The position numbers and the translations under genes were made by a program. A DNA stretch of 64,000 nucleotides from a virus: positions 1-64,000 of the IMG/VR virus record IMGVR_UViG_3300042345_000884; one strand, written 5' to 3'. A model generated the notes under the pieces. It had not been told where the DNA came from. It was given only the letters and a program-made list of their open reading frames with translations, and ran no database searches. Shown here one piece after another: positions 28,550-38,594 of this stretch; within the stretch, counting starts at the first letter, position 1, and every line of letters starts with the position of its first letter.

Positions 28550-30118
28550 ATGTTTAACGCAATCTACAAGCCCAATCAGTTGATTTTAGGCAGTGGCTAT
28601 ATTGCTATCTGTACAGGATGGACTCCTGCTAAGTCGGTAGCATCAAAACTTAGTCCATCCGATTATGCCGTAATTGGCAATCTTTATAATGCCTCAAGGG
28701 GAATTAACTTTTTGGTTCGCAATCTATTAGCTAATCCTCACGTTCGTGATCTTGTTGTAATGAACTCAACCCGTGAAGACAAAAATTCTGGTAGTGTTCA
28801 ATGTCTAAAGGATTTTTTTGAAAATGGAGTTTATAAAGGAAAAAATGATGTGGGGAAAGAGTGCTGGGTAATTCATTCTTTGGTCAAAGGATACATTGAT
28901 ATAGATGTTCCTTTAGAGGTTTTAAATCAATTACGGTCTTCTGTTACGTTAAAGGATTGTCTCACAGTCTATTCAATTCTACCTACAGTTAAAGAAATAA
29001 TCGAGCCAATGTATGGCACTTTTATTAAACCGTGGGCAGAACCGATGGTCTTTCTCTACAATGAACCTATATCAGAGGTAAAACCCGGCCCGATCTATAG
29101 TCATCGAATTGAAGGTAAAACTATTGCTGAAACTTGGATAAAGATACTGCAAAGAATCAAGACTACTGGTACTATCAGACCGACTGGGTATGATGGTAAA
29201 TGGCAAGAATTAATCGACTTAATGGCGATAGTCACCGATGAACCCGAAGACTTTTACTTTCCCGATCCCAATTATCTACCTTTAGATAGAGAATATCTAA
29301 AGAACTATATCCCACAAATACTTGATGATGGTGATTATCGAGAAGGGGTTAAATACACCTATGGTCAACGCTTAAGGTCATGGTTTGGTCAAGACCAGAT
29401 TAAAGCAGTTATTAACAAATTAGTCAAAGAAATTGACTCCGCTAGTGCCGTTATGTCGCTATGGGATAGTGGAAGTGGAAACTATCAAATACTTGCCGAA
29501 CATAACAGTTGGCGTACAAACGATTATCATACAATCGTGCGAGGAGAAAGAAAAGGGGGTGACTCAGATCATAATCACGGCGGTTCACCTTGCCTTAACC
29601 ATATTTGGGTAAGAGTAGTAGATAATAAACTATCCCTGACAGCTACCTTTAGAAGCAATGATATGTTTTCCGCTTGGCCAGCTAATGCAATGGGATTACG
29701 GGCTTTACATTGGCATATTAGGGACGAAATTGCTAGGCAGTCTGACTACGATTTAACAATTGGTCCACTGATTACCATTAGTCAATCAGCCCATATTTAC
29801 GATGACTGTTGGGAAACCGTAGAACAATTACTTGCTAATCAATACCAATCGATTATTAATCAAGAGTTTCAAAACTACAATGACCCTACTGGTAATTTTT
29901 TGGTAGAGACCAGTGGATACAATGGAAACAATATCACAGTCAGTCAGCTAACCCCTAACGGTGAATTTGTGGGGGAATGGGAAGGTAAGAATCCTTTGAA
30001 GTTAATCCGTCAAATAATTGCCGATTGTCCCAGTATTCAATCGTTTCATATTGGCTATTTAGCTAGAGAAATTGAACGAGCATCTCAACAAAAAACAAAT
30101 TACACTCAGGATAAATAA
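28550..30118 (+). CDS. thyA: thymidylate synthase fused to MtrA-like N-terminal and DUF4346-like C-terminal domains
   Basis: YTYGQRL, SPCL, FRSNDM...WPAN, SAHIY; N-term RGINFLVRNLLANP; C-term DPTGNF...HIGYLAREI. Confidence 0.8.
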   Translation: MFNAIYKPNQLILGSGYIAICTGWTPAKSVASKLSPSDYAVIGNLYNASRGINFLVRNLLANPHVRDLVVMNSTREDKNSGSVQCLKDFFENGVYKGKNDVGKECWVIHSLVKGYIDIDVPLEVLNQLRSSVTLKDCLTVYSILPTVKEIIEPMYGTFIKPWAEPMVFLYNEPISEVKPGPIYSHRIEGKTIAETWIKILQRIKTTGTIRPTGYDGKWQELIDLMAIVTDEPEDFYFPDPNYLPLDREYLKNYIPQILDDGDYREGVKYTYGQRLRSWFGQDQIKAVINKLVKEIDSASAVMSLWDSGSGNYQILAEHNSWRTNDYHTIVRGERKGGDSDHNHGGSPCLNHIWVRVVDNKLSLTATFRSNDMFSAWPANAMGLRALHWHIRDEIARQSDYDLTIGPLITISQSAHIYDDCWETVEQLLANQYQSIINQEFQNYNDPTGNFLVETSGYNGNNITVSQLTPNGEFVGEWEGKNPLKLIRQIIADCPSIQSFHIGYLAREIERASQQKTNYTQDK

Positions 30119-30120
30119 CA

Positions 30121-30492
30121 ATGCTAAAAAACTCAGTAACTCTCAATGGATTAAGCGACGATCAAAAGTTTTTTGCTAAGTCATACATTATTCCCACTTT
30201 AATTGAATCTACTGAAACATCCGGTAAAACTTTTACTGATGGAGAAATTGCAGAACTTTACGAAATTAATTTAACTACTGCCCGTAAGTGGAGAAAATAC
30301 ATAAGAAACGAATGGGAACCAAATACAAACCTCTGTTGCAGTTATTCTTTGCCTAAAATTTGGAAGATCAAGGATAACAAAATGTGGGAAAGAACAGAAT
30401 ATAACCCAAACAAAGACTCTTCATGGAAAGGATTCATAATATTTGATGATGAAACTATTATAAAAGCTGGATTTGTTGTCAATAAAAGCTAG
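30121..30492 (+). CDS. HTH protein (paralogue of 30809)
   Basis: FTDGEIAELYEINLTTARKW...PNTNLC...WERTE. Confidence 0.65.
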   Translation: MLKNSVTLNGLSDDQKFFAKSYIIPTLIESTETSGKTFTDGEIAELYEINLTTARKWRKYIRNEWEPNTNLCCSYSLPKIWKIKDNKMWERTEYNPNKDSSWKGFIIFDDETIIKAGFVVNKS

Positions 30493-30513
30493 TACAAAAA
30501 AGGAAAAATAGCA

Positions 30514-30762
30514 ATGGACGCTAAACAAGTTCTTAAAGAGTTAATACAATCGGTCAACGAAATTGATTTATACAATTTCTTATTACTTTATTCAAATATA
30601 GGAATTAATAGTGAAAATGAAATTGATAATGAAACCGATTATGGAGAAATTAGGCACGATCAAATTAATGCTTGGATTGATAAAGCTATAGAATCGGTTT
30701 ATGAAAAACCAGAAAAAAATGACCGACCTAATATCGAAGGAATGCTAGGATTATTAGAGTAA
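30514..30762 (+). CDS. hypothetical protein
   Basis: ORF with RBS. Confidence 0.55.
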   Translation: MDAKQVLKELIQSVNEIDLYNFLLLYSNIGINSENEIDNETDYGEIRHDQINAWIDKAIESVYEKPEKNDRPNIEGMLGLLE

Positions 30763-30808
30763 TACAACAATAAATAGTATTAAGGTATAACTAAAGGAGA
30801 CAGATAAA

Positions 30809-31054
30809 ATGATGACAAAATTTTTTAATCGCTCACATATTACCCCTGCTTTAATTAAAGTCGGTGAGACTTTCACTGACAAAGAGATTGCTGAAATTTA
30901 CGGCGTTAGCTTAACTACTATTTGCAGATGGAAAAAAGATGTAAAAGCTTGTCGTCAACCAAACACAAAACTCTGTTCAACTTTATCTTACGCCTGGATA
31001 ATCAAAAAAGATGGTAAATGGGAAAGAACCGAATGGAAGGGAGTGTTTAATTGA
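30809..31054 (+). CDS. HTH protein (paralogue of 30121)
   Basis: FTDKEIAEIYGVSLTTICRW...PNTKLC...WERTE. Confidence 0.65.
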   Translation: MMTKFFNRSHITPALIKVGETFTDKEIAEIYGVSLTTICRWKKDVKACRQPNTKLCSTLSYAWIIKKDGKWERTEWKGVFN

Positions 31055-31106
31055 AATAAAATATAATAGAAGCAAAAAAATTAAATTAAAAATCAGGAGT
31101 AAATAA

Positions 31107-33359
31107 ATGATTAACGTAATTCAAAGAAGTGGAAAAACTCGTCCTTTAGACGTCACCAAAATTCGACGAGTAGTAGAATGGGCGTGTGAGGGGTTAGAAG
31201 TCAATCCTCTTGCATTAGAGTCAGGATTAACTTCTCGATTGCGAGATGGAATTACCACGCGAGAAATTCAAGAAAATTTAATCAATGTTGCCACACAATT
31301 GTTCTGTGTAGAAGAGACTGACTGGAAGTATGTAGCTGGAAGACTTCATATCTGGGGACTATGGAAAGACACTAGAATCAAGAGAGAATTTGGTGGGTAT
31401 TTATCGCGTACAGTTTTTAAAAGACTTGAAGGGACTGACTACGCCAAATATGTCCAGTGGCAAGTGGAGAGGGGTGTTTATGATTCAAAAATCACGGAAA
31501 TCTATGGCAAAAAAGACCTAGAAATTGCGGGAGAGTGGATATATTCAGAATACGATAAAGATTTTGACTATGCTGGTGCGATCATGTTATCAAAAAGATA
31601 TTTGCTTGATTGTGAATTACCTCAAGAGGCTTTTCTGACTTGCGCTTTGTTACTTGCTAGTGTAGAGAAAAAGCCAGAAAATAGATTACAACTTACCCAT
31701 CAAATCTACCTAGCCATAGCTCAAAGAAAAATCTCTTTAGCTACTCCAATTTTAGGCAATCTAAGAACACCTAATGGTTCTTTAAGTAGTTGCTTCATCG
31801 TGGCGATGGAAGACAATCTAGAGAGTATTTTTAGCGAGATTACTAATACTGCTCGCATCTCTAAGAATGGCGGCGGTGCTGGGGTAAATGTAAGTAGAAT
31901 CCGTGCCACTGGTAGCTCGGTTATGGGGAAAGCTAATGCTTCTGGTGGGATTATTCCTTGGATTAAATTACTCAACGATACAGCTATTGCAGTAAATCAG
32001 GGGGGAAGACGCGCCGGGGCTGTCACCGTCGGGGTTGATATTTGGCATTTAGACGTGCCAGAATTTCTAGAAATGCAGACAGAAAACGGCGATCAAAGAC
32101 GCAAAGCTTATGATGTTTTTCCCCAATTAGTTATCACCGATGAATTTATGCGTCGGGTGATAACTAAAGCCGAGTGGACATTAGTTGATCCCTATGAAGT
32201 TCGGACAAAACTAGGGATAGAATTAGCAGAACTATGGGGAGATAAATTTGAAACTGCCTACAAATTAATCGAAGATAATCTAGGAATAGAGATTACTCTC
32301 TACAAAAAAATTAACGCTAGAGAACTATTTAAAGATATTATGCGATCTCACTTAGAAACTGGGATGCCTTATCTTGCCTTTAAAGATACTATTAACCGAG
32401 GCAATCCTAATAAACATGATGGATATATCCCCGGTGTAAATTTATGCTGTGAGAGCTTTTCTAATGTCACGACGGGTAAAACAGCCCATTGCTGTAATTT
32501 AGTTAGTCTTAATCTTGCTAATATTGAAACCATTACTAATTTAGCGGAAATGTGTAGTCTTGCTGTCAGAATGCTTGACAACACAATCGACCTGACTTGT
32601 CCCCCAATTGGTGAAGCTAAAGAACACAATGACCGCTATCGAACTATTGGAGTAGGGGCAATGGGATTAGCTGATTGGTTAGCTAAACGGAAATTATCTT
32701 ATAAAAACTTTAAATCTATCAGTGATTTATTTGAAAATATTAGCTATTTCTGTACTCATGCCTCAATGGAATTAGCTAAAGAACGCGGAGCTTATCAAGC
32801 TTTTTACAGTAGTGAATGGAGTCAGGGTAAATTACTAGGGGCTAAACCGTTAGAATGGTTTGAGTTAAACTGTGAAGATACTTATCATTGGCGTAAATTA
32901 GCTGCTAATGTACAACGCTACGGCATTAGAAACTCTCATGTTACTGCTATAGCTCCTAATACCACATCATCTTTAATTCAGGGTTGTACCGCCAGCGTTT
33001 TACCCGCTTTTAAACGAGTATTTACAGAAAAGAACTCAAAAGGTGCTGTTCCTAATTGCCCTCCTTTTATTAAAGATTCTTTTTGGTATTACCAAGAGAA
33101 TCAAAATCTTGATCAAAAGATTGTTGTTCAAGCAATTGCTGAAATGCAAAAATGGATTGATACAGGGATTTCTATGGAATTACTGTTTAACCTTAATCAG
33201 GGTGTTTATTTTCCTGATGAACCAAACCGCGTATTAACAGCTAAAGAAGTTTACGAGACTTTAATCTTAGCGTGGGAATCAGGCTGTAAAGCAGTGTATT
33301 ATGTGCGAACTGTTCAAAAAGATAACTTCAAAGATAGCTGCTCTAGTTGCGCTAATTAA
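31107..33359 (+). CDS. nrdA: class Ia ribonucleotide reductase alpha subunit
   Basis: ATP cone, SLATP, LSSC, NLCCE, AIAPN, KAVYY, C-terminal CSSC. Confidence 0.95.
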   Translation: MINVIQRSGKTRPLDVTKIRRVVEWACEGLEVNPLALESGLTSRLRDGITTREIQENLINVATQLFCVEETDWKYVAGRLHIWGLWKDTRIKREFGGYLSRTVFKRLEGTDYAKYVQWQVERGVYDSKITEIYGKKDLEIAGEWIYSEYDKDFDYAGAIMLSKRYLLDCELPQEAFLTCALLLASVEKKPENRLQLTHQIYLAIAQRKISLATPILGNLRTPNGSLSSCFIVAMEDNLESIFSEITNTARISKNGGGAGVNVSRIRATGSSVMGKANASGGIIPWIKLLNDTAIAVNQGGRRAGAVTVGVDIWHLDVPEFLEMQTENGDQRRKAYDVFPQLVITDEFMRRVITKAEWTLVDPYEVRTKLGIELAELWGDKFETAYKLIEDNLGIEITLYKKINARELFKDIMRSHLETGMPYLAFKDTINRGNPNKHDGYIPGVNLCCESFSNVTTGKTAHCCNLVSLNLANIETITNLAEMCSLAVRMLDNTIDLTCPPIGEAKEHNDRYRTIGVGAMGLADWLAKRKLSYKNFKSISDLFENISYFCTHASMELAKERGAYQAFYSSEWSQGKLLGAKPLEWFELNCEDTYHWRKLAANVQRYGIRNSHVTAIAPNTTSSLIQGCTASVLPAFKRVFTEKNSKGAVPNCPPFIKDSFWYYQENQNLDQKIVVQAIAEMQKWIDTGISMELLFNLNQGVYFPDEPNRVLTAKEVYETLILAWESGCKAVYYVRTVQKDNFKDSCSSCAN

Positions 33360-33393
33360 CCATGAATATTGTTTTTTATGTCATTTTATCTAT

Positions 33394-33720
33394 ATGAATA
33401 TTGTGTTAATAATTATTAACTTTTTAGCAACTATTGTATTAAGTATATTTTTACTTTATATTGCTTTAATTTTTGCTGTTGTTCTGTGTAGAGTGTTTTT
33501 TAGATTTAAGACTAATTTAATTTACACAATTAAACAATTCAAATACTATTCAGTAGCTGAATACAATCGAATTAGTTCCTGTAAATATTACAATCCTGAA
33601 ACCCACAAAAACTTTAATCTAAAATGTAGTGTAAATCCTTCTGTTTCTTGTGTACAATGTAGAGACTGGGAATCGTTAAAAGTAAAAAAGCAACCAAAAT
33701 ATGACATCAGCAAATCTTAA
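33394..33720 (+). CDS. TM plus Cys-rich protein (DUF6464-like) between nrdA and nrdB
   Basis: SCKYY...LKCSVNP...CVQCRDWE. Confidence 0.55.
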   Translation: MNIVLIIINFLATIVLSIFLLYIALIFAVVLCRVFFRFKTNLIYTIKQFKYYSVAEYNRISSCKYYNPETHKNFNLKCSVNPSVSCVQCRDWESLKVKKQPKYDISKS

Positions 33721-34762
33721 CGATAAAATGCCTATTTCTCCGATCTTTAATCCGTTGGGAGATGATGCGACTGGAACTCGATCTATCTGGTTTGGTAATA
33801 CTACTAACCTAATGCAATTAAATGACGTTCGTTATACTTGGGCGGTAGGTTTATATCAACAGATGCGCGAGAATTTCTGGATACCGCAAAAAATAGACGT
33901 CACTCAAGACGTAACTGATTATAACAACTTAACCTTAGATGAAAGACGTGCTTATGATGGTATTTTGTCTTATTTAACTTTTCTTGATTCTGTCCAGACC
34001 TGTAACATCCCCCACCTAAAATCTTGTGTGACAGCCCCAGAGATTAGCCTTTGTATGGGAGAACAAATCTCTCAAGAGGCAATGCACAATCAAAGCTATC
34101 AATACTTAATTGAAACGATTATTCCCTCGGATCGGAGAAGTCAAGTTTATGACTTTTGGCGTACTGATAGAGTTCTTAAGGATCGTTGTGAATTTATTGC
34201 TAATCTCTACCAAGAATACATCGATAAACAAACAACTAAAAGCTATTTTATCGCCCTTCTTGCTGATTATTTGCTAGAAAGCTTGTATTTCTATAACGGC
34301 TTTATCTTCTTCTATAATCTTGCTTCTCGACAATTAATGCCTGGTTCTGCCGATATTTTTAGGATGATTAATCGAGACGAATTAAGCCACGTCAGATTAT
34401 ATCAAAAGTTAATCGTTGAGGCGATGAATATCTTCTCTTATAGCAAACAAGAAATAGAAGATTTATTTTATTGTGCGGTTGAACAAGAAATTAAATGGAC
34501 TAATCATATTGTCGGTAATCAAATATTAGGAATTACCGAAGATAGCACTGATCAATACACAAAATATCTAGCCAATATTCGATTAAGGGCGATTGGCTTA
34601 AATCCGATTTTTACCGACGATAAATACAAAAAATCTCCTTATTCGCATCTAGAAAAATTCTCTGATACTCAAGGGGAAGGTCATACTAAATCAAACTTTT
34701 TTGAAGCAACTGTCACCAGTTATGTTATGTCTTCTGGCTTAACTGGATGGGATGACATTTAA
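33701..34762 (+). CDS. nrdB: class I ribonucleotide reductase beta subunit
   Basis: NFWIP, FLDSVQ, QEAMH...Y, RDELSH, NFFE. Confidence 0.95.
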   Translation: MTSANLNDKMPISPIFNPLGDDATGTRSIWFGNTTNLMQLNDVRYTWAVGLYQQMRENFWIPQKIDVTQDVTDYNNLTLDERRAYDGILSYLTFLDSVQTCNIPHLKSCVTAPEISLCMGEQISQEAMHNQSYQYLIETIIPSDRRSQVYDFWRTDRVLKDRCEFIANLYQEYIDKQTTKSYFIALLADYLLESLYFYNGFIFFYNLASRQLMPGSADIFRMINRDELSHVRLYQKLIVEAMNIFSYSKQEIEDLFYCAVEQEIKWTNHIVGNQILGITEDSTDQYTKYLANIRLRAIGLNPIFTDDKYKKSPYSHLEKFSDTQGEGHTKSNFFEATVTSYVMSSGLTGWDDI

Positions 34763-34841
34763 TTTAATTGCTTAATCTTTGAAATTTTTGGCATCTTAAT
34801 AAGTGGCAAAATTTTACCACTCTTTTATCAAAATACGATAA

Positions 34842-35009
34842 TTAACGATAAAGTCCGTTTATTTTCACTAATGGTATTTTTTGCTGGTAAATTTCATCAA
34901 TTTTAATCCAAAGCATTCCTTTAATATAAATTCCATTAGCAACCTTAATCCAAACTTCTGCAGGAATAGGTAAAGGAATTAAAGGAACTCTTGGACGTAA
35001 AAAACCCAC
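34842..35009 (-). CDS. 55-aa virion accessory peptide
   Basis: GTG-start ORF with VWIKVANG/LWIKID/LVKING repeats, last gene of the minus-strand operon. Confidence 0.45.
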   Translation of the reverse strand: MGFLRPRVPLIPLPIPAEVWIKVANGIYIKGMLWIKIDEIYQQKIPLVKINGLYR

Positions 35010-35010
35010 T

Positions 35011-35826
35011 TTAATCTCCTATGAATGGCGGTCGGTTGGCGAATGGGTGAGAAGCAAACAGAAGGTCTTGATAGCCAAACTTCCACGCACCCCAACCAAG
35101 AATAAGATCATCTTCGTAATCACTCAACATTCGCTGGAAGTGCAAGACAGCAAAGCATTTACACATTATATTCGGCGATAAATAATTTAAAATGCCAAGA
35201 AAACCTACTGTCGTGGCTGAGGCAAGGAACCTGCCACAGGCGATAGATTCCCGGACGGTTGCTGGTCGGTAGTCTGAGAGGTAGGTATCAATAAATGAAG
35301 AAGATAAATAACTGTTTTTACGTTGAGACATAATCACCCTTCTATTATCAAGCGATGTTTGTGTCGACAACAAACGAGATCGCCAACCTCCATCAAATAG
35401 GCCAATAGCAAAATCTGGGATAATATTCGCTGCCAAGAGAACGGAGTTTTCTAGACTATATTGACTGAGATTGAACATATACTGGCCAAGAGCGGTAGCA
35501 CCGAAAAAGTAAGCACTAAATCCAGACGCAGGCTGTAACGAGTATGAGATTCCTAACGGGTAGCCTAAAGCTTGAGCGTTATCTTTGTGAAAACAGGGTA
35601 ATCCGTTTTGCGGGAAAATGAATTGCTTTGTTGATGCTATTCCTCCTCGGCTAAAGGAAGATCCTAAACTTCCTAAATTTAGAATTGTTACAAAACCAGA
35701 GCTATCTAATACGTTATTTGCGAGCGCATCAACGTATAATTCTGGATGCAATAGATCAGGGGTCCACAACCGCCCTTGTAATCGGGCTTCATCGTATATC
35801 CAATTTAATCCTACTCCTCTAGGCAT
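35011..35826 (-). CDS. virion protein, LamG/receptor-binding-like
   Basis: WTP...L..DA N-motif and W.AWKFG...L...HPF...PP C-motif. Confidence 0.6.
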   Translation of the reverse strand: MPRGVGLNWIYDEARLQGRLWTPDLLHPELYVDALANNVLDSSGFVTILNLGSLGSSFSRGGIASTKQFIFPQNGLPCFHKDNAQALGYPLGISYSLQPASGFSAYFFGATALGQYMFNLSQYSLENSVLLAANIIPDFAIGLFDGGWRSRLLSTQTSLDNRRVIMSQRKNSYLSSSFIDTYLSDYRPATVRESIACGRFLASATTVGFLGILNYLSPNIMCKCFAVLHFQRMLSDYEDDLILGWGAWKFGYQDLLFASHPFANRPPFIGD

Positions 35827-36236
35827 TAATTAACCTCTTCATTCCATCTAAAACTTACTAAAGTATTGCCACTAGAGGGTATAGTAGCTCCCAGATTATT
35901 AGTAATATAAAGCCCCCAAGTTGATGCGTAAGGAATGCGAATCGAAGCCGCTAAATTTACTTGCCGAGAACCCGTCCCTGTCAACGCAGGGAGTTGAATT
36001 TCGCTGTTATTTTCAGCGTAAAAACTTCCCCTTTTTCTTCTTAGAATTATTGAGATCGAGCCGGTGCTACTAGGGGTCATATTTCCAGATTGAAACCACA
36101 GCCCTAGATAAAAATTCTTATTGGTTGTATTTTCAATATCTCCTATAAAAACAGTAGTTTCTGTAACCACACCATTTAAAGGGGTCGCTAAATTAGCAGA
36201 TTCTGCACTTAAAGCCGACCAAGTTGCAACTGCCAT
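35826..36236 (-). CDS. virion structural protein
   Basis: coupled operon, beta-rich. Confidence 0.6.
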   Translation of the reverse strand: MAVATWSALSAESANLATPLNGVVTETTVFIGDIENTTNKNFYLGLWFQSGNMTPSSTGSISIILRRKRGSFYAENNSEIQLPALTGTGSRQVNLAASIRIPYASTWGLYITNNLGATIPSSGNTLVSFRWNEEVN

Positions 36237-36730
36237 TAAGAGATACCCCCTCTCGATATTCCAATTATTCTAGGATTAATTTCCACGCCATTTAATTGCG
36301 CCCAACTTTTTCCTAAAACTTGTTTTTCTTCTAATACAATTAAAGATTCTAACCGTGTTTTAGTTGGTGCTGAAATTAAATCGGCTTGAAATAAACTAGC
36401 TACTATTTGCTGAAAAGTTGCCAAGTATTCTGATTGATTAAGATCTAAGGCTTCCAATTCACTTAAGACAGCATTAACACTGTAACAAATATTCTTAATC
36501 GATTTATTTTCTCCATTAGAAATGTAATCAACTATATTAAATAATTCTTGAGCAAGAATTAATATAGTTTTAATTTCTCTAATTTGCACAGGTTTGTACT
36601 CACTTTGCAGAATTACAATCGGCTCATTTAACTTATCAGAAATAGCCCAATCGGGAACACTTTCGATAGTTCCCTCAAATTGATCTTTTAACTCGTTGGC
36701 AACTTGATTGATTTTGTCTAGTAATTCCAT
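36236..36730 (-). CDS. hypothetical protein
   Basis: coupled operon. Confidence 0.65.
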   Translation of the reverse strand: MELLDKINQVANELKDQFEGTIESVPDWAISDKLNEPIVILQSEYKPVQIREIKTILILAQELFNIVDYISNGENKSIKNICYSVNAVLSELEALDLNQSEYLATFQQIVASLFQADLISAPTKTRLESLIVLEEKQVLGKSWAQLNGVEINPRIIGISRGGIS

Positions 36731-36734
36731 AGTT

Positions 36735-36959
36735 TTAAGTTACTTGGATGTAAATGCTACCTTCTGGGTTTCCATCGTTATTGTTAGGAGGCGATGTTCC
36801 GTATGTAATGGTAGTTTGGTTTATAGGATAAGCCGCGCTTCCCGTAGCATCAGCGACATAAATCATGATTCCAGTGCCTACTCTAACAAAATAAACAGCA
36901 TTAGGCGTTAGGGTAGGGGGGAGGACTCCTAATACTTTTTCAGGGCGAAAAACTACCAT
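36735..36959 (-). CDS. tail fibre-associated small protein
   Basis: LPPTLTPNAVYFV; ITYGTSPP...DG.PEGSIYIQ. Confidence 0.6.
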   Translation of the reverse strand: MVVFRPEKVLGVLPPTLTPNAVYFVRVGTGIMIYVADATGSAAYPINQTTITYGTSPPNNNDGNPEGSIYIQVT

Positions 36960-37528
36960 GCAATTGTTCCCTCCCATTCAATTTTAGGCAAGCTATTATT
37001 ATAGGTAAAAAGTCCATCAGTATTTTCTCCTATTTTATCAAGCTGAGTTTTATTGGTGTGAGTGTGGCTATTGGACACCGCCGTATCAATAGCAGTAGGA
37101 GAGCTAGTAGGCCTTCCCTGAATATTAGCCCATTGTGAAATCAAATCAAGCGATTCAGCTTCGTTTAATTTAATCCAAGAAGTCGTAGAAACTCTATAGA
37201 GGTAAGTAGCCGCGCCGCTTGTCACAGTGGAATCGCCAGTCGCGTCCAGAACCAATACCTGAGTGTTTTTGGTCAGCACTAAAGCATTTCTTGCTGCTAT
37301 ATCAGCTACAATCGGCATTTCACCAGCTAATCCAGAAATTGAAGCATCGATTAATGCCTGAATATCTACATCTGTCAATAGTCGCTTTAGAGCAGTCCCA
37401 GAAGTATTGCTTACATATATTTCAATATAGTTCGGCTTGTCTTGAGGCGCAACAAAAAACACAGCGTTACCCTCGCAGGGTAGCGATGGGACTGCAGTTA
37501 ATTTAGAGGGCTTAAAAGTTGTGCTCAT
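36953..37528 (-). CDS. tail fibre-related protein
   Basis: VADIAARNAL...VLDATGDSTV.SGAATY; HTHTNK. Confidence 0.7.
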   Translation of the reverse strand: MSTTFKPSKLTAVPSLPCEGNAVFFVAPQDKPNYIEIYVSNTSGTALKRLLTDVDIQALIDASISGLAGEMPIVADIAARNALVLTKNTQVLVLDATGDSTVTSGAATYLYRVSTTSWIKLNEAESLDLISQWANIQGRPTSSPTAIDTAVSNSHTHTNKTQLDKIGENTDGLFTYNNSLPKIEWEGTIAW

Positions 37529-37532
37529 ATTT

Positions 37533-37892
37533 TTACCAGTCTGTAATTATCCATTGCGTGTTTTCTAGGCTATTAAGCCAATCTTGCTCCGTGCCAGTGA
37601 ATCCATTATCAATAGCCACTTGATAAGCTGATTTACCTTCACTGCCACGAATATCAATTGCATTAGCAATTAAAGAAACTAATCCAGAAGCTCCGATATA
37701 CCCTCCGATATCGGGGGGTAAACCAGAACCTCCTACCCAGCCAGATACTTGCAATACCCGACGATTGCCATCAGAAATTAAAGAAAGAATAGGAGACCAG
37801 CCAGCATTCCCTAAAGTAGCTGAAAGAATTATCTTTTGAGAACTACCTGTTATTTCTGCTATCGCACCAGAGGATTGAACAATGACTGCCAT
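37533..37892 (-). CDS. tail-associated protein
   Basis: GKSAYQVAIDNGFTGTEQDWLNSL motif. Confidence 0.7.
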   Translation of the reverse strand: MAVIVQSSGAIAEITGSSQKIILSATLGNAGWSPILSLISDGNRRVLQVSGWVGGSGLPPDIGGYIGASGLVSLIANAIDIRGSEGKSAYQVAIDNGFTGTEQDWLNSLENTQWIITDW

Positions 37893-38350
37893 CAGACTTG
37901 CCCCCTCACTACTACAGGAGTTAAATCAAGGGCTAAAGGTTGAACTATCAATTTAGTAGCAATTGATTTAGAAGCCTCTAAATCAGCTTGCCAGTAATCC
38001 CTACCAGCTTTCGGTTGTTCAATTTCTTTAAAAGCAATAGGGGTAACTTCCATCTCAGCAGTAATATTACTATCGATAATTAGCTTAAAATAAGTGTAAT
38101 TTTCATATTCAGTTCCCTCTACCGTAAAATCTCCAAACTGCAATCCCTCGATCCGACCAGTAGCTATTCTAGCCTCGCCTGATTGCTTGGCAATATAAAA
38201 ATTAATGTTCCATCCTGTAAAATCTCCTTGAATAAAAAACTCCTCATCCCAAGTCGTTCCCTGCTTAACCTCGATAACAGTTTCACTGGCAATCGTAGGA
38301 TACGACTGCCCTATTAAATAGAGATTACCTGTAAGGACTTTTTGAGACAT
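37892..38350 (-). CDS. baseplate upper-like virion protein
   Basis: IEVKQGTTW...DFTGW pattern. Confidence 0.55.
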   Translation of the reverse strand: MSQKVLTGNLYLIGQSYPTIASETVIEVKQGTTWDEEFFIQGDFTGWNINFYIAKQSGEARIATGRIEGLQFGDFTVEGTEYENYTYFKLIIDSNITAEMEVTPIAFKEIEQPKAGRDYWQADLEASKSIATKLIVQPLALDLTPVVVRGQV

Positions 38351-38594
38351 TAACGAGATTGTACTGTTTATTGTATTATATATTGAATTTTCTTTTTTGA
38401 GATATACTTAAAAGGAAAACATATTTACACCGCCGCGCTCTTTTATACCGCACCCGGGAGCGCGGTTATTTTTTTGCCTTGACAATTCTATTAGGACTGT
38501 GAGAAAATTCTTAAAAAGATTGACTTGGACTACCGCTTTACGAGGGAGCGTTTTTTTTTATCTATCCGTATTACATATATTACAAATACTACAG

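Noticed and set aside
31107-34762. Introns or inteins in nrdA/nrdB
   Set aside because: Both are continuous and of normal length
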